Assembly (NCBI GenBank): GCA_036012755.1
Contig: DASCPX010000067.1
Span: 1 to 47,545, forward strand
From: Myxococcota bacterium
GTDB taxonomy: Bacteria > Myxococcota_A > UBA796 > CAJQPC01
Direction of reading: 5' to 3'
DNA length: 47,545 nt
This document shows positions 18,068 through 26,207 of this stretch, piece after piece. The position numbers and the translations under genes were made by a program. The notes under the pieces were generated by a model. That model did no database searches. It had not been told where the DNA came from and saw only the letters and a list, made by a program, of their open reading frames with translations. Numbering within the stretch: the stretch's first letter is position 1; every line of letters starts with the position of its first letter.

Positions 18068-18949
18068 CTACTGGTTCACGGCCTCGAGGCCGGAGAATGC
18101 GGTCAGGGTCTTGATGATCTCGTGGCTGGTCCCGTCGCTCTTGTCCTGGACGTGGGTCTCTTCGACGAGTCCGATGCCGGGGACGTAGTAGGAGTCGACG
18201 AAGCCGGTGGCCTCGAAGGCGCCGAAGACACCGCCGAAGCCCTCTGAGGTCATGTTGTAGGTGTTTGTGATCCGGTAGCCATTGTAGGTGACACCGAGCA
18301 CTTCGACGTCCTTCCAGCCGATCTCGAGGTAGGTCCCCTGGACGTCGACCGTCATCTGGACCGACTCACCGCCGGTCTTGTCCTCGGACATGATGTTGAC
18401 GGTGTGCTCGTAGTTCCAGCTGCCGACGCCGCCCGCGACGGACTCGTCCGGCAGGTACATCGTGTAGGGCTCGTACTGGAGGTAGTTCAGGCCGTAGAAG
18501 CCGAAGCTGGCCGCGAAGGTGGAGTAGTTGTAGTCGTAGGGGTCCTGGACCAGGAAGAGACCCTCTCCGTCCGAGTTGCAGCTGTAGCGCAGGGTGCCGT
18601 CCCACTCGCTGATCCAGCCCAGCACGAGGTGGCTCGCGACGTGGTACTCGTCGCCGACCGCCCCCTCGCCGAGCTGGGCCTCCGTGCCCTCGTCGGTGCC
18701 GTTGAGGATCGTGTAGTCGCGGGTCCATCCGCTCAGGTCGACGGGGTCGAGCCAGTTGCCGCAGTCCCCATCCCAGGGAATGTCCGTGTCCGCGTCGCTG
18801 TCCGCGTCCGAGTCGCCGTCGGCGTCCGAGTCACCGTCTGCGTCGGTGTCCGTGTCGGTGTCTCCCTCGGCGCCTGAGTCGTCGAGCAGGTCGGTCCCCT
18901 GGTTGTACGTCGCGCCGCCGCAGCCGAGCGCGAGGATGATGATGCTCAT
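18068..18949 (-). CDS. Hypothetical lipoprotein with Asp-rich linker
   Basis: MSIIILALGC lipobox, Asp-rich linker, beta-rich body ending YYVPGIGLVEE. Confidence 0.75.
   Translation of the reverse strand: MSIIILALGCGGATYNQGTDLLDDSGAEGDTDTDTDADGDSDADGDSDADSDADTDIPWDGDCGNWLDPVDLSGWTRDYTILNGTDEGTEAQLGEGAVGDEYHVASHLVLGWISEWDGTLRYSCNSDGEGLFLVQDPYDYNYSTFAASFGFYGLNYLQYEPYTMYLPDESVAGGVGSWNYEHTVNIMSEDKTGGESVQMTVDVQGTYLEIGWKDVEVLGVTYNGYRITNTYNMTSEGFGGVFGAFEATGFVDSYYVPGIGLVEETHVQDKSDGTSHEIIKTLTAFSGLEAVNQ
18782..18862 (-). repeat. Coding (D-x)n repeat DTDTDTDADGDSDADGDSDADSDADTD
   Basis: 27 codons alternating GAC with T/A/G/S codons. Confidence 0.85.
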
Positions 18950-19001
18950 GGCGACTCCAGGGAAGCAGGACCATGTAGCATGACGGCGTTCCGAGGGGCC
19001 A

Positions 19002-20192
19002 GTGCTGCTCGTCCGTGACATCGATGAGCTCCTCACCATGGACGGCCCGGCGCTACGAGGCGGGGCGGTGGCGTTTCAGGGCGGTCGGGTCGTCTGGACG
19101 GGCCCGAGCGCGGCGGCGCCCGATGCGGACGAGGTCCTGGACGGCTCCGGCTGCATCGGGCTCCCGGGGCTCGTCGACTGCCACACCCACGCCCTGTTCG
19201 CCGGCTCCCGAGCCCGGGAGTTCCAACGGCGCCTCGCGGGCGAGGACTACAGCACCATCCTCGAAGAGGGCGGCGGCATCCTCGGTACGGTCCGCGCGAC
19301 GCGAGAGGCCACAGACGAGGAACTCGCCGAGAGCCTCGAGGCTCGCCTCCAGGACTTCCTGGAGCAAGGGGTGACCACCGTCGAGGTCAAGACCGGCTAC
19401 GCCCTGTCCACCGAGCACGAGCTGCGCTGCCTGCGACTGATGGAACAGCGCAGCTGGCCGACGCGCGTGCTCCGTACTTTCTTGGGCGCGCACACGGTGC
19501 CTGCCGAGTGGCGCCCGGACCGGGCCGGCTACGTCCGGCACCTCGTCGAGGAGATGCTGCCCGTCGTGGCCGAGCACGCCCAGTTCATCGACGTCTACTG
19601 CGACCGGGGGGCCTTCACGCTCGAGATGGCCCGGACGGTGCTCTCGGCGGGCATGGCTCGAGGGCTGAAGGGGCGCATCCACGCCGAGCAGGTCGAACAC
19701 ACCGGCAGCGCCTCGCTGGCCGCGGAGCTCGGCTGCACCTCGGCGGACCACCTCGAGCGCATCTCGGTCGAGGGCATCGAGGCCATGGCCGCAGCCGGCA
19801 CCGTGGCGGTGCTCCTTCCCGGAGCGCGGCTCTACCTTCGGGATCCGGCTCCTCCGGTCGAGGCGATGCGTGAGGCCGGGGTCCCGCTGGCGGTGGCCAC
19901 CGACTTCAACCCGGGGACCTCTCCGGTGAGGTCGCTCCTCGGGGCCGCGACGCTGGCCTGCGTGGACATGGGGCTGTCGGTCGACGAGGCCCTCCTCGGA
20001 GTCACGAGGAACGCGGGGGCGGCGCTGGGCCGAGAGGACCTGGGCTGGTTGGGGCCAGGCAGCGCGGGGGACATGGCCCTGTTCTCTCCACCTCCGGGTG
20101 AGCCGAGGGATGCGGCGGTGCTCGTGCAGTACCTCGGCGGACATCGCGCGGCTGCGGTGGTGCGGAACGGTCGCGTAGTCTGGAGTTCATGA
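19002..20192 (+). CDS. hutI: Imidazolonepropionase
   Basis: DCHTH, GGGILGTVRATR, EVKTGY, TFLGAH, HAEQ, SADHL and ATDFNPG. Confidence 0.93.
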   Translation: MLLVRDIDELLTMDGPALRGGAVAFQGGRVVWTGPSAAAPDADEVLDGSGCIGLPGLVDCHTHALFAGSRAREFQRRLAGEDYSTILEEGGGILGTVRATREATDEELAESLEARLQDFLEQGVTTVEVKTGYALSTEHELRCLRLMEQRSWPTRVLRTFLGAHTVPAEWRPDRAGYVRHLVEEMLPVVAEHAQFIDVYCDRGAFTLEMARTVLSAGMARGLKGRIHAEQVEHTGSASLAAELGCTSADHLERISVEGIEAMAAAGTVAVLLPGARLYLRDPAPPVEAMREAGVPLAVATDFNPGTSPVRSLLGAATLACVDMGLSVDEALLGVTRNAGAALGREDLGWLGPGSAGDMALFSPPPGEPRDAAVLVQYLGGHRAAAVVRNGRVVWSS

Positions 20193-21136
20193 TCCAGGCG
20201 ATTCGATATCGGCCAGGGCTCCTGGAGCTGCTCGACCAGCGGCGGTTGCCAGAGGTGGAGCACTGGAACGGTGTCGTCGACGCGGCGGGCGCCGCCGGGT
20301 CGATCCGGGACATGGTCGTCCGCGGTGCCCCGGCCATCGCCATCACCGCCGCCTACGGGCTCGCCTTGTCCGTGCGCCGGAGGCAGGACCGGGCCGCCGC
20401 CAGGGAGATCCTGCTCGCCGCACGGCCCACCGCCGTGCACCTGCGCTGGGCGCTGGAGCGGCTCGACCGTGTGCCCGACTCGGAGCTCGAGGCCGAGGCC
20501 ATCGCGATCCACCGAGAGGACCTCGAGACCAACCGGGCCATCGGCGACTCGGGCGCAAGGGTGCTCCCACCCGGCGGCGTGCTGACCATCTGCAACACCG
20601 GCTCGCTGGCCACTGGAGGCTGGGGCACGGCCCTGGGCGTGATCCGGAGCATGGTTTGTCAAGGTCAGGCGCTGCGCGTCTATGCCTGCGAGACACGCCC
20701 CTATCTGCAGGGGGCCCGCCTGACGGCCTGGGAGTGTCAGCGCGAGGGCATCCCGTGCACGCTCATCGCGGACTCGATGGCCGGGGCCCTGATGGCCGCG
20801 GGGAAGGTCTCCAGCGTCATCGTCGGCGCCGATAGGGTCGCCAACAACGGTGACGTCGCCAACAAGATCGGGACCTACTCCCTGGCAGTGCTGGCGCGCC
20901 ATCACGGCATCCCGTTCTATGTCGCCTTCCCTCGCGCGACCCTCGACCCACGCTGCCCCAGCGGGCGCCACATCCCCATCGAGGAGCGCGGCGCCACGGA
21001 GCTCACCTGCGTGCGCGGCACTCGCATCGCCCCTCGCGGCGTGCGTGTCTGGAACCCAGCCTTCGACGTTACGCCCGCGGCCCTCGTGACGGGCTGGATC
21101 GTCGAAGATGGCTCATGGAGCCCGGATGCGGGTTAA
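20189..21136 (+). CDS. mtnA: S-methyl-5-thioribose-1-phosphate isomerase
   Basis: LDQRRLP, VRGAPAI, RPTAV, CNTGSLAT, ETRPYLQGARLTAWE, NKIGTY and NPAFDVTP. Confidence 0.95.
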   Translation: MIQAIRYRPGLLELLDQRRLPEVEHWNGVVDAAGAAGSIRDMVVRGAPAIAITAAYGLALSVRRRQDRAAAREILLAARPTAVHLRWALERLDRVPDSELEAEAIAIHREDLETNRAIGDSGARVLPPGGVLTICNTGSLATGGWGTALGVIRSMVCQGQALRVYACETRPYLQGARLTAWECQREGIPCTLIADSMAGALMAAGKVSSVIVGADRVANNGDVANKIGTYSLAVLARHHGIPFYVAFPRATLDPRCPSGRHIPIEERGATELTCVRGTRIAPRGVRVWNPAFDVTPAALVTGWIVEDGSWSPDAG

Positions 21137-21163
21137 AAGGGACCTCTCAGGCGTGGAGAAGCC

Positions 21164-21376
21164 ATGATTGCCGCCGTGCCGCTCTGGACCCTCGGCGTCC
21201 CCGAGTTGCTCATCATCCTGGCCCTGGTGCTCATCCTCTTCGGAGTGGGCAAGCTGCCGAGCGTGCTGAAGTCCATGGGCCAGGGCGTGCGTGAGTTCCG
21301 CAACGCCTCAGAGGGCGACGAAGAAGACGACAAGAAGATCGACAAGAAGGAAGAAGAGGTCGAGAAGAGCCTGTAG
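21164..21376 (+). CDS. tatA: Twin-arginine translocase TatA/E subunit
   Basis: LGVPELLIILALVLILFGVGKLP..GQGVREFR followed by an acidic tail. Confidence 0.93.
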   Translation: MIAAVPLWTLGVPELLIILALVLILFGVGKLPSVLKSMGQGVREFRNASEGDEEDDKKIDKKEEEVEKSL

Positions 21377-21388
21377 CCCCGCGGGTCG

Positions 21389-22339
21389 CTACCTCTCGGC
21401 GAACTTCAGGCAGTTCTTCTTCAACTTCGGGCTCGACACAGCGCCGCAGATCTCGACCGCGTGCTCCGGGTCGAAGCGCTTCACGTTCGCGCTCACACCC
21501 AGCCGGCAGCTGTCTGCGTAGGCGCCGCCTTCCTCCTTGCAGGTGCTGATCGCAGCGTCGAGGTCCGACTCGCTCAGGGCCCAGCCCAGGCCGTGGAAGC
21601 ACTGCTGGGGGTGGATGTCGTCCCTGGTCGGCACCCGCCGGCAGATCTCCAGGGCCTTCGGCACGTCGACCCGACCCAGGTACTTGCCGAGGCCGTGGTA
21701 GCAGCCCTTCAGCTGCAGGGGCGTCATCTCGGCCGTCTGGCACCATGAGAAGGCGTTGTCCGGGTCGTACTGTGCGATCTCGCCGTTGACGTCGTGGCGG
21801 CAGAAGTTCTTCCAGTCCAGCGCTCTCTCGCAGGTGTCGCGAGCGTAGTCGGGGTCCAGGGTCGAGTGAGCCAGGGCGATTCCGAACCAGCACTGGCCGT
21901 GCCAGGTGCGGTCCTCTACCGGGATCAGGGTCTCGCAAGCCTCCTCGGACCACTCCCGGTCCACCGTCGAGTGGAGCTCGGCGACGTCGGCGTAGCAGGC
22001 GTGGAGGTCCTCTTCGAAGCGGACCTCTCGGCAAGCCTCCAGGGCGCCCTCCGGGTCTCGCTCTGCTCGTTGGACTGCCAGGGCCCTCCAGCAGGCGTCG
22101 CGGAGGTCCAGGTCCCGATCGATGGCTCGACAGGCTTCCTCGCTGTAGCCGGGCCCATCCCCGACGCCCTCGGCGGCTCGCGCGCCCTCCGGCTTCGGAG
22201 GCACGGCGATGATCTCGGCGACCGTCTGGGGGGGGATGGGTGCTTCGTCGTCTGGAGCGCCGATGCGCAGGAACTCCACCGCCCCGACACAGAGCGTCAA
22301 CACCGCGAGGTAGAGGCCTTCGAAGGCGAAGCGGCTCAC
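21389..22339 (-). CDS. Membrane-anchored Cys-pair helical repeat protein
   Basis: GTGA overlap start at 22339, an N-terminal TM, and eight repeats each carrying two Cys (two of them with C.HGLG). Confidence 0.75.
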   Translation of the reverse strand: MSRFAFEGLYLAVLTLCVGAVEFLRIGAPDDEAPIPPQTVAEIIAVPPKPEGARAAEGVGDGPGYSEEACRAIDRDLDLRDACWRALAVQRAERDPEGALEACREVRFEEDLHACYADVAELHSTVDREWSEEACETLIPVEDRTWHGQCWFGIALAHSTLDPDYARDTCERALDWKNFCRHDVNGEIAQYDPDNAFSWCQTAEMTPLQLKGCYHGLGKYLGRVDVPKALEICRRVPTRDDIHPQQCFHGLGWALSESDLDAAISTCKEEGGAYADSCRLGVSANVKRFDPEHAVEICGAVSSPKLKKNCLKFAER

Positions 22340-22551
22340 TCGGTCGGGGGATCCGTCTCGGGCAGCTCGTCGAGGTCCTCCTGCTGGATGTACCCGATGC
22401 TCATCATGAGCTCGATCTGCTCTTTCTCGGTCATCGGGCGGTCCACTTCCAGCTCCGGCTCCGGCTCCGGCTCCGCGGGCCAGAACACCCACAGGCCACC
22501 AGCTCCCACGGCCAGGAGCACGACGGCTGCGGCGAGGATGCGCGCGTTCAT
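22336..22551 (-). CDS. Small single-TM protein with an LMMSIGYI motif
   Basis: MNARILAAAVVLLAVGAGGLWVFW, an (EP)n linker and EQIELMMSIGYIQ. GC3-rich and coupled to the next gene. Confidence 0.7.
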   Translation of the reverse strand: MNARILAAAVVLLAVGAGGLWVFWPAEPEPEPELEVDRPMTEKEQIELMMSIGYIQQEDLDELPETDPPTE

Positions 22552-22571
22552 GCGGCGTATCATAGCTCCCT
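22552..22571. promoter_or_regulatory. Candidate bidirectional -10 element serving two divergent leaderless genes
   Basis: TATCAT on + at 22558-22563 lies 8 nt before GTG 22572. TATGAT on - at 22564-22559 lies 7 nt before ATG 22551. Confidence 0.6.
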
Positions 22572-23540
22572 GTGCAGGGAGTCGATGCCGTCGTCGAGCG
22601 CCTCCGGGTCCTCCTCTCCCAAGGGGAGCGGGGCCTGGCCTACGCCCTCGCCGACAACCTCGCGCTCCGCATGCAGGCCATCGCCGATCGCAGCCTGCTC
22701 CCAGAGGTCATCCGGACCTTCACCCGCACGGTGGACGACGCGACCTTGCTGGCCGTGCTCCACCTGCTGACCGTGAAGGGCCGTGGCGGCAGCCCGAGGT
22801 TCCGCCGCGCCGCCACCGAGCTCGCGCTGAACTCGAAGCTCTTCCGGGACAGCCTGGACTACGACCGCATCGAAGACCTCTACACCGCGGCATACGCGGC
22901 GGATCTGAAGGAGGTCATCCCGCTCTTCTTCAGCGACCGCCACAAGCCGGGGATCACCGTCGAGGAGGCCGCACCCGACAACGAGCACCTCGAGCTCCCG
23001 CTGGGCCGCCGCAAGGCGATGGCCCGCACCTTCGACCGGGACGTGATCGATCGGCTCCTGCGCGACAAGCACCCGGCGGTGGTGGAGATCCTTCTGTCCA
23101 ATCCGCGGCTCCTCGAGCGAGACGTCATCACCATCGCGGCGCTGAGACCCACGAAGCCGGCGGTCCTCGAGCTCATCGTCCAGCATCGGCGGTGGGCCCC
23201 CCGCTACGACGTGCGAAAGGCGGTCGCCTGCAATCCGTACTGTCCGCACCCGATCGCCGCTCGGCTGATGCACACCTTCCGAGTCCAGGACCTGCAGTTC
23301 ATCGCCGGCAGCTCCGTGCTCAACGATCACATCCGCGACGAAGCCCGCCGCCTGCTCCGCGAGCGACGTGACCCCAAGAAGAAGCCGGTCATCAGGGGCC
23401 GGCCAATCGAGGAGCTCGTGGAGCAGGGGACGGGTCCGGCTCCGGTCCCGGAGATCCGAGGGCGGCCGATCGACGAGCTCGCCGCGCAGGTCAGCCCGCT
23501 CCGCCGCAAGGGTCCCGAGGTCACAGACTCGAGCGACTGA
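22572..23540 (+). CDS. Hypothetical helical-repeat (HEAT/LRV-like) protein
   Basis: GC3-rich 322-aa ORF with ILLSNPRL and VRKAVACNPYCP repeat-like segments. Confidence 0.72.
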   Translation: MQGVDAVVERLRVLLSQGERGLAYALADNLALRMQAIADRSLLPEVIRTFTRTVDDATLLAVLHLLTVKGRGGSPRFRRAATELALNSKLFRDSLDYDRIEDLYTAAYAADLKEVIPLFFSDRHKPGITVEEAAPDNEHLELPLGRRKAMARTFDRDVIDRLLRDKHPAVVEILLSNPRLLERDVITIAALRPTKPAVLELIVQHRRWAPRYDVRKAVACNPYCPHPIAARLMHTFRVQDLQFIAGSSVLNDHIRDEARRLLRERRDPKKKPVIRGRPIEELVEQGTGPAPVPEIRGRPIDELAAQVSPLRRKGPEVTDSSD

Positions 23541-23964
23541 CCGCGACGACCGTGACGTCCTCGACCCCGGCTTGCTGCGCCGTGAACAGCAGCTTGCGGA
23601 GGAGCACGTAGGGAGCTTCTTCGTCCATGCGCACCTGCACCGGCCCCGGCTTCTTGGCGAGCACGTCGTTGAGCTCGCGAATGAGCGTGTCGTCGTGCTC
23701 GACGTAGTAGCGCGTGCCCGCGATCCGGATGCCCTCGATGTAGATGCCATCGTCCGTGATGTCGATCTGGGTCGCGCTCTTCACGGGCGCCTCGCTCGTC
23801 GAGGTCGGGAGCTCGAAGGTGGTGTCGTCCGCGCGCACGGGTGGATCCGTGGACCAGGACTTCAGCAGGAAGACCAGGAGGATGGTCAGCATGTCCACCA
23901 TGGGGGCCAGGGCGGCGGCGGCGGTCGCCACGCCAGGGCGCTTCGGCTTGCGGAGGCGCCTCAC
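23521..23964 (-). CDS. ExbD/TolR family protein (AglS-like)
   Basis: LAPMVDMLTILLVFLLKS TM with the conserved Asp, ELPTSTS and MDEEAPY. Confidence 0.88.
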   Translation of the reverse strand: MRRLRKPKRPGVATAAAALAPMVDMLTILLVFLLKSWSTDPPVRADDTTFELPTSTSEAPVKSATQIDITDDGIYIEGIRIAGTRYYVEHDDTLIRELNDVLAKKPGPVQVRMDEEAPYVLLRKLLFTAQQAGVEDVTVVAVSRSSL

Positions 23965-24467
23965 TCGGGCCCGGCCGCCTGGCCCCCGAGGGCGACCTCC
24001 GGGAAGAGCTCGCCGTGGGCGTCGGAGCGCAGGGCGTCCATCAGGTGCACGACGTCGCCCCCCGGCACGCCGTCGTCCGGCGCCAGCAGCACGGCATCGC
24101 GGTCGGGGTCCACGGACTTGAGCTGGCGGAGCGCCAGCTGGAGCCCGGCGAGGTCGAGGCCGTACTCGGTCCCGGGAAGCTCGACGACGCGCTGCTGGAC
24201 ATCACCTGCGTCCGCGCCGACGTCCGTGCGTCGCACCGAGGCCGAGACCCGCAGGTCCTCGCCCAGCACGTCGACGACGAGGTCCTCGACGATGCCCGCG
24301 GGATCCGGTGGCAGGGTCGCCGCGGCGGGTGGCACGTGCAGGTCGAGGCCCACGAGCTTCTGGACAGAGGTCGTGAGCAGCAGGAAGGGCATGAGCAGGA
24401 ACATCAGCGCCACGATGCTGAGCAGCGCGGGGCGTAGGTCGACCTCTGTGGAGGCTACTCGGCTCAG
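23961..24467 (-). CDS. ExbD/TolR family protein (AglQ-like position) whose TM lacks Asp
   Basis: LLSIVALMFLLMPFLLLTT TM and LAPDDGVPGGDVVHLMDALR...LFPEV C-domain. Start inferred at a CTG overlapping the upstream TGA. Confidence 0.75.
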   Translation of the reverse strand: MSRVASTEVDLRPALLSIVALMFLLMPFLLLTTSVQKLVGLDLHVPPAAATLPPDPAGIVEDLVVDVLGEDLRVSASVRRTDVGADAGDVQQRVVELPGTEYGLDLAGLQLALRQLKSVDPDRDAVLLAPDDGVPGGDVVHLMDALRSDAHGELFPEVALGGQAAGPE

Positions 24468-25069
24468 TCGGCGGATGCCTTCCTCCGCAGGACCACGACG
24501 AGCTGCCCCGCCAGGACCTCGATCTCGGCCACTCGGCGTCTGACGAGCGCGCTCAACCAGGCGTGGAGGCCGAGCGCCGGGATGCCGACGACGAGGCCGA
24601 ACGCGGTCGTCGCCATGGCCGTGCTGATCCCTTCGGACAAGCGCACTGCGCGCTGGCCCGCCGAGGCGTCGCCGAGGCCCGAGAAGGCGAGCATGAGCCC
24701 GTACACAGTGCCGAGCAGGCCGAGCATCGTGGCCATGTTCGCGATGGTGCCGACGTAGTCCACGCGGTTGGAGAGCCTTGCTTCGGCAGCTGCGGTGGCG
24801 GCGCCCATGGCGTCCCACGCTGCCTCTGCGTCGGACTCGGCGGCGCCGGCGCGCAGGACGTTGCCCAACGGTGTCGCGCCCGCCGCCTCTGCCGCCGCCT
24901 GCGGGTCCTGGAGCTTGGACGCCACTGCCTTCGTGTCCACCCGCCACCTCAGCAGCAAGAGGAAGGCGCGCTCGAGCCCCACCGCGAGGGCGAAGGCCAT
25001 CAGCGCGGTGATGGCGTACATGAAGGCGCTGCCCGGCCCGGAGAAGGCCTCGATCAGGTAGTCCAGCAT
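24464..25069 (-). CDS. MotA/TolQ/ExbB proton channel protein (AglR-like)
   Basis: ATMLGLLGTVYGLMLAF and GISTAMATTAFGLVVGIPAL. Confidence 0.92.
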   Translation of the reverse strand: MLDYLIEAFSGPGSAFMYAITALMAFALAVGLERAFLLLLRWRVDTKAVASKLQDPQAAAEAAGATPLGNVLRAGAAESDAEAAWDAMGAATAAAEARLSNRVDYVGTIANMATMLGLLGTVYGLMLAFSGLGDASAGQRAVRLSEGISTAMATTAFGLVVGIPALGLHAWLSALVRRRVAEIEVLAGQLVVVLRRKASAD

Positions 25070-25101
25070 CTGCTCTCCGAGGGACGGTTATTGTCTCCCC
25101 C

Positions 25102-25497
25102 ATGAGCCTGCTTGTCTTTCTCGCGTGCCAGCCCGACCCCGCCTCGTGGACCACGCTCGCCGACTGCGAAGGCCTCGACGGCGCCTCGCAGGACGAGTGC
25201 TTCCTCAAGATCGGCGTCGAGACGGCCAAGACGGACCAGGCCGCCGGCGTCGCGATCATCGAGGGCATCGGCGATCCCCTCGTGAAAGACTACGGCTGGC
25301 ACAGCCTCACGCGGGACGTCGATCCCACCACCTACCAGTGGTGCGAGAGGATCGAGAACGAGAAGCTCGCGGAGCGTTGCCGGGTCATCGTCTCGCGACC
25401 GCACATGCACCAGCACCTGGTGGACCGGGCGGAGCCGGGTGCAGTCGGTGGAGAGAAGGGCCGCAAGGCGGGTCGTGAGGGGCCGCCGCCGAACTGA
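25102..25497 (+). CDS. Small Cys-containing lipoprotein
   Basis: MSLLVFLAC lipobox and Cys pairs (DCEGLDGASQDEC; WCERIENEKLAERC). TATTGT lies 7 nt upstream of the ATG. Confidence 0.72.
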   Translation: MSLLVFLACQPDPASWTTLADCEGLDGASQDECFLKIGVETAKTDQAAGVAIIEGIGDPLVKDYGWHSLTRDVDPTTYQWCERIENEKLAERCRVIVSRPHMHQHLVDRAEPGAVGGEKGRKAGREGPPPN

Positions 25498-25504
25498 GCG
25501 GGCG

Positions 25505-25646
25505 GCCGCGAGCCGCGTGCCGGGAGCGGAGAACCTCCCCCGCTGACCCCTCACCGCAAGAGATGGAGGAGACGCTAGACTATTGCCTTGGTGGGCCCGG
25601 CGGGGGAGGTTGGCTCTCGTGACGATGGAGTGCCGTCCATCGTCTG
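25505..25646 (-). ncRNA. Candidate small RNA of about 130-145 nt; ends approximate
   Basis: Upstream sigma70-like promoter, a 9-bp hairpin at 25621-25644 and a long stem 25532-25543/25600-25611. It sits between convergent genes with no credible ORF. Confidence 0.45.
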
Positions 25647-25652
25647 CGAACT

Positions 25653-25681
25653 ACTTTACGCACCTTGTCGGAGACTCGCAA
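25653..25681 (-). promoter_or_regulatory. Sigma70-like promoter TTGCGA-N17-TAAAGT
   Basis: -35 at 25681-25676 and -10 at 25658-25653, with an exact 17-nt spacer. Confidence 0.5.
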
Positions 25682-25694
25682 CCGGCAAAGCGCG

Positions 25695-26081
25695 TCAACT
25701 CCGTGTCGAGGCTCTCGCGTCGACCTTCGCTTGCACGGCTCGCACCATCTCGCCGAGCCGGTAGGGCTTGCGGAAGACGCCCGCGGCCACGCCCTCCAGC
25801 TGGCGATCCGAGACCACCTGCTTGTCGTGGCCGGTGGACACGAAGACCAGGGTGGCGGGGTAGCGCTCCACCAGGTGGGTGATGAGGTCACGGCCGCTGA
25901 TCCCCGCCATCTGCCAGTCCACGAGAGCGGCGTCGAAGGGCTCCTTGTCGTTCGCCAGGAGCACGATGGCCTCGCGCCCGCTGGAGGCGCAGCAGACCTC
26001 GTGTCCGACCGCGTCGAGGTACTCGGAGAGCACATCGCGGATCTCTGGATCGTCGTCGACGAGGAGGAGCCGCACCGGCAC
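25695..26081 (-). CDS. Stand-alone response regulator receiver protein
   Basis: LLVDDD, VDWQMAGISG (phospho-Asp), STG and RKPY. Confidence 0.9.
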   Translation of the reverse strand: MPVRLLLVDDDPEIRDVLSEYLDAVGHEVCCASSGREAIVLLANDKEPFDAALVDWQMAGISGRDLITHLVERYPATLVFVSTGHDKQVVSDRQLEGVAAGVFRKPYRLGEMVRAVQAKVDARASTRS

Positions 26082-26207
26082 CCGGGGTGTGTCCGCCGCG
26101 GAGGTTAGCAGGCACTCCTTTCACCTACACCTGGGGGCGTCGGCTTGGCCGAATGTTGACCCTCCTCTGGGCCGCGAACCCCTAAGTTCAGCAGCCTCGA
26201 GCCAGAA

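Noticed and set aside
19002..21376. hutI-mtnA-tatA as a novel pathway
   Set aside because: These are three ordinary housekeeping genes with no evident functional link.
25589..25612. tRNA/tmRNA-like 3' end CCCGCCGGGCCCACCA on the - strand
   Set aside because: No T-loop (GTTCRA) and no cloverleaf or matching acceptor stem.
26145..26190. Sigma54 or sigma70 promoter for the MoxR operon
   Set aside because: The TGGC/TTG spacing is off by one and the GC is missing. TTGACC and TAAGTT are too far apart.
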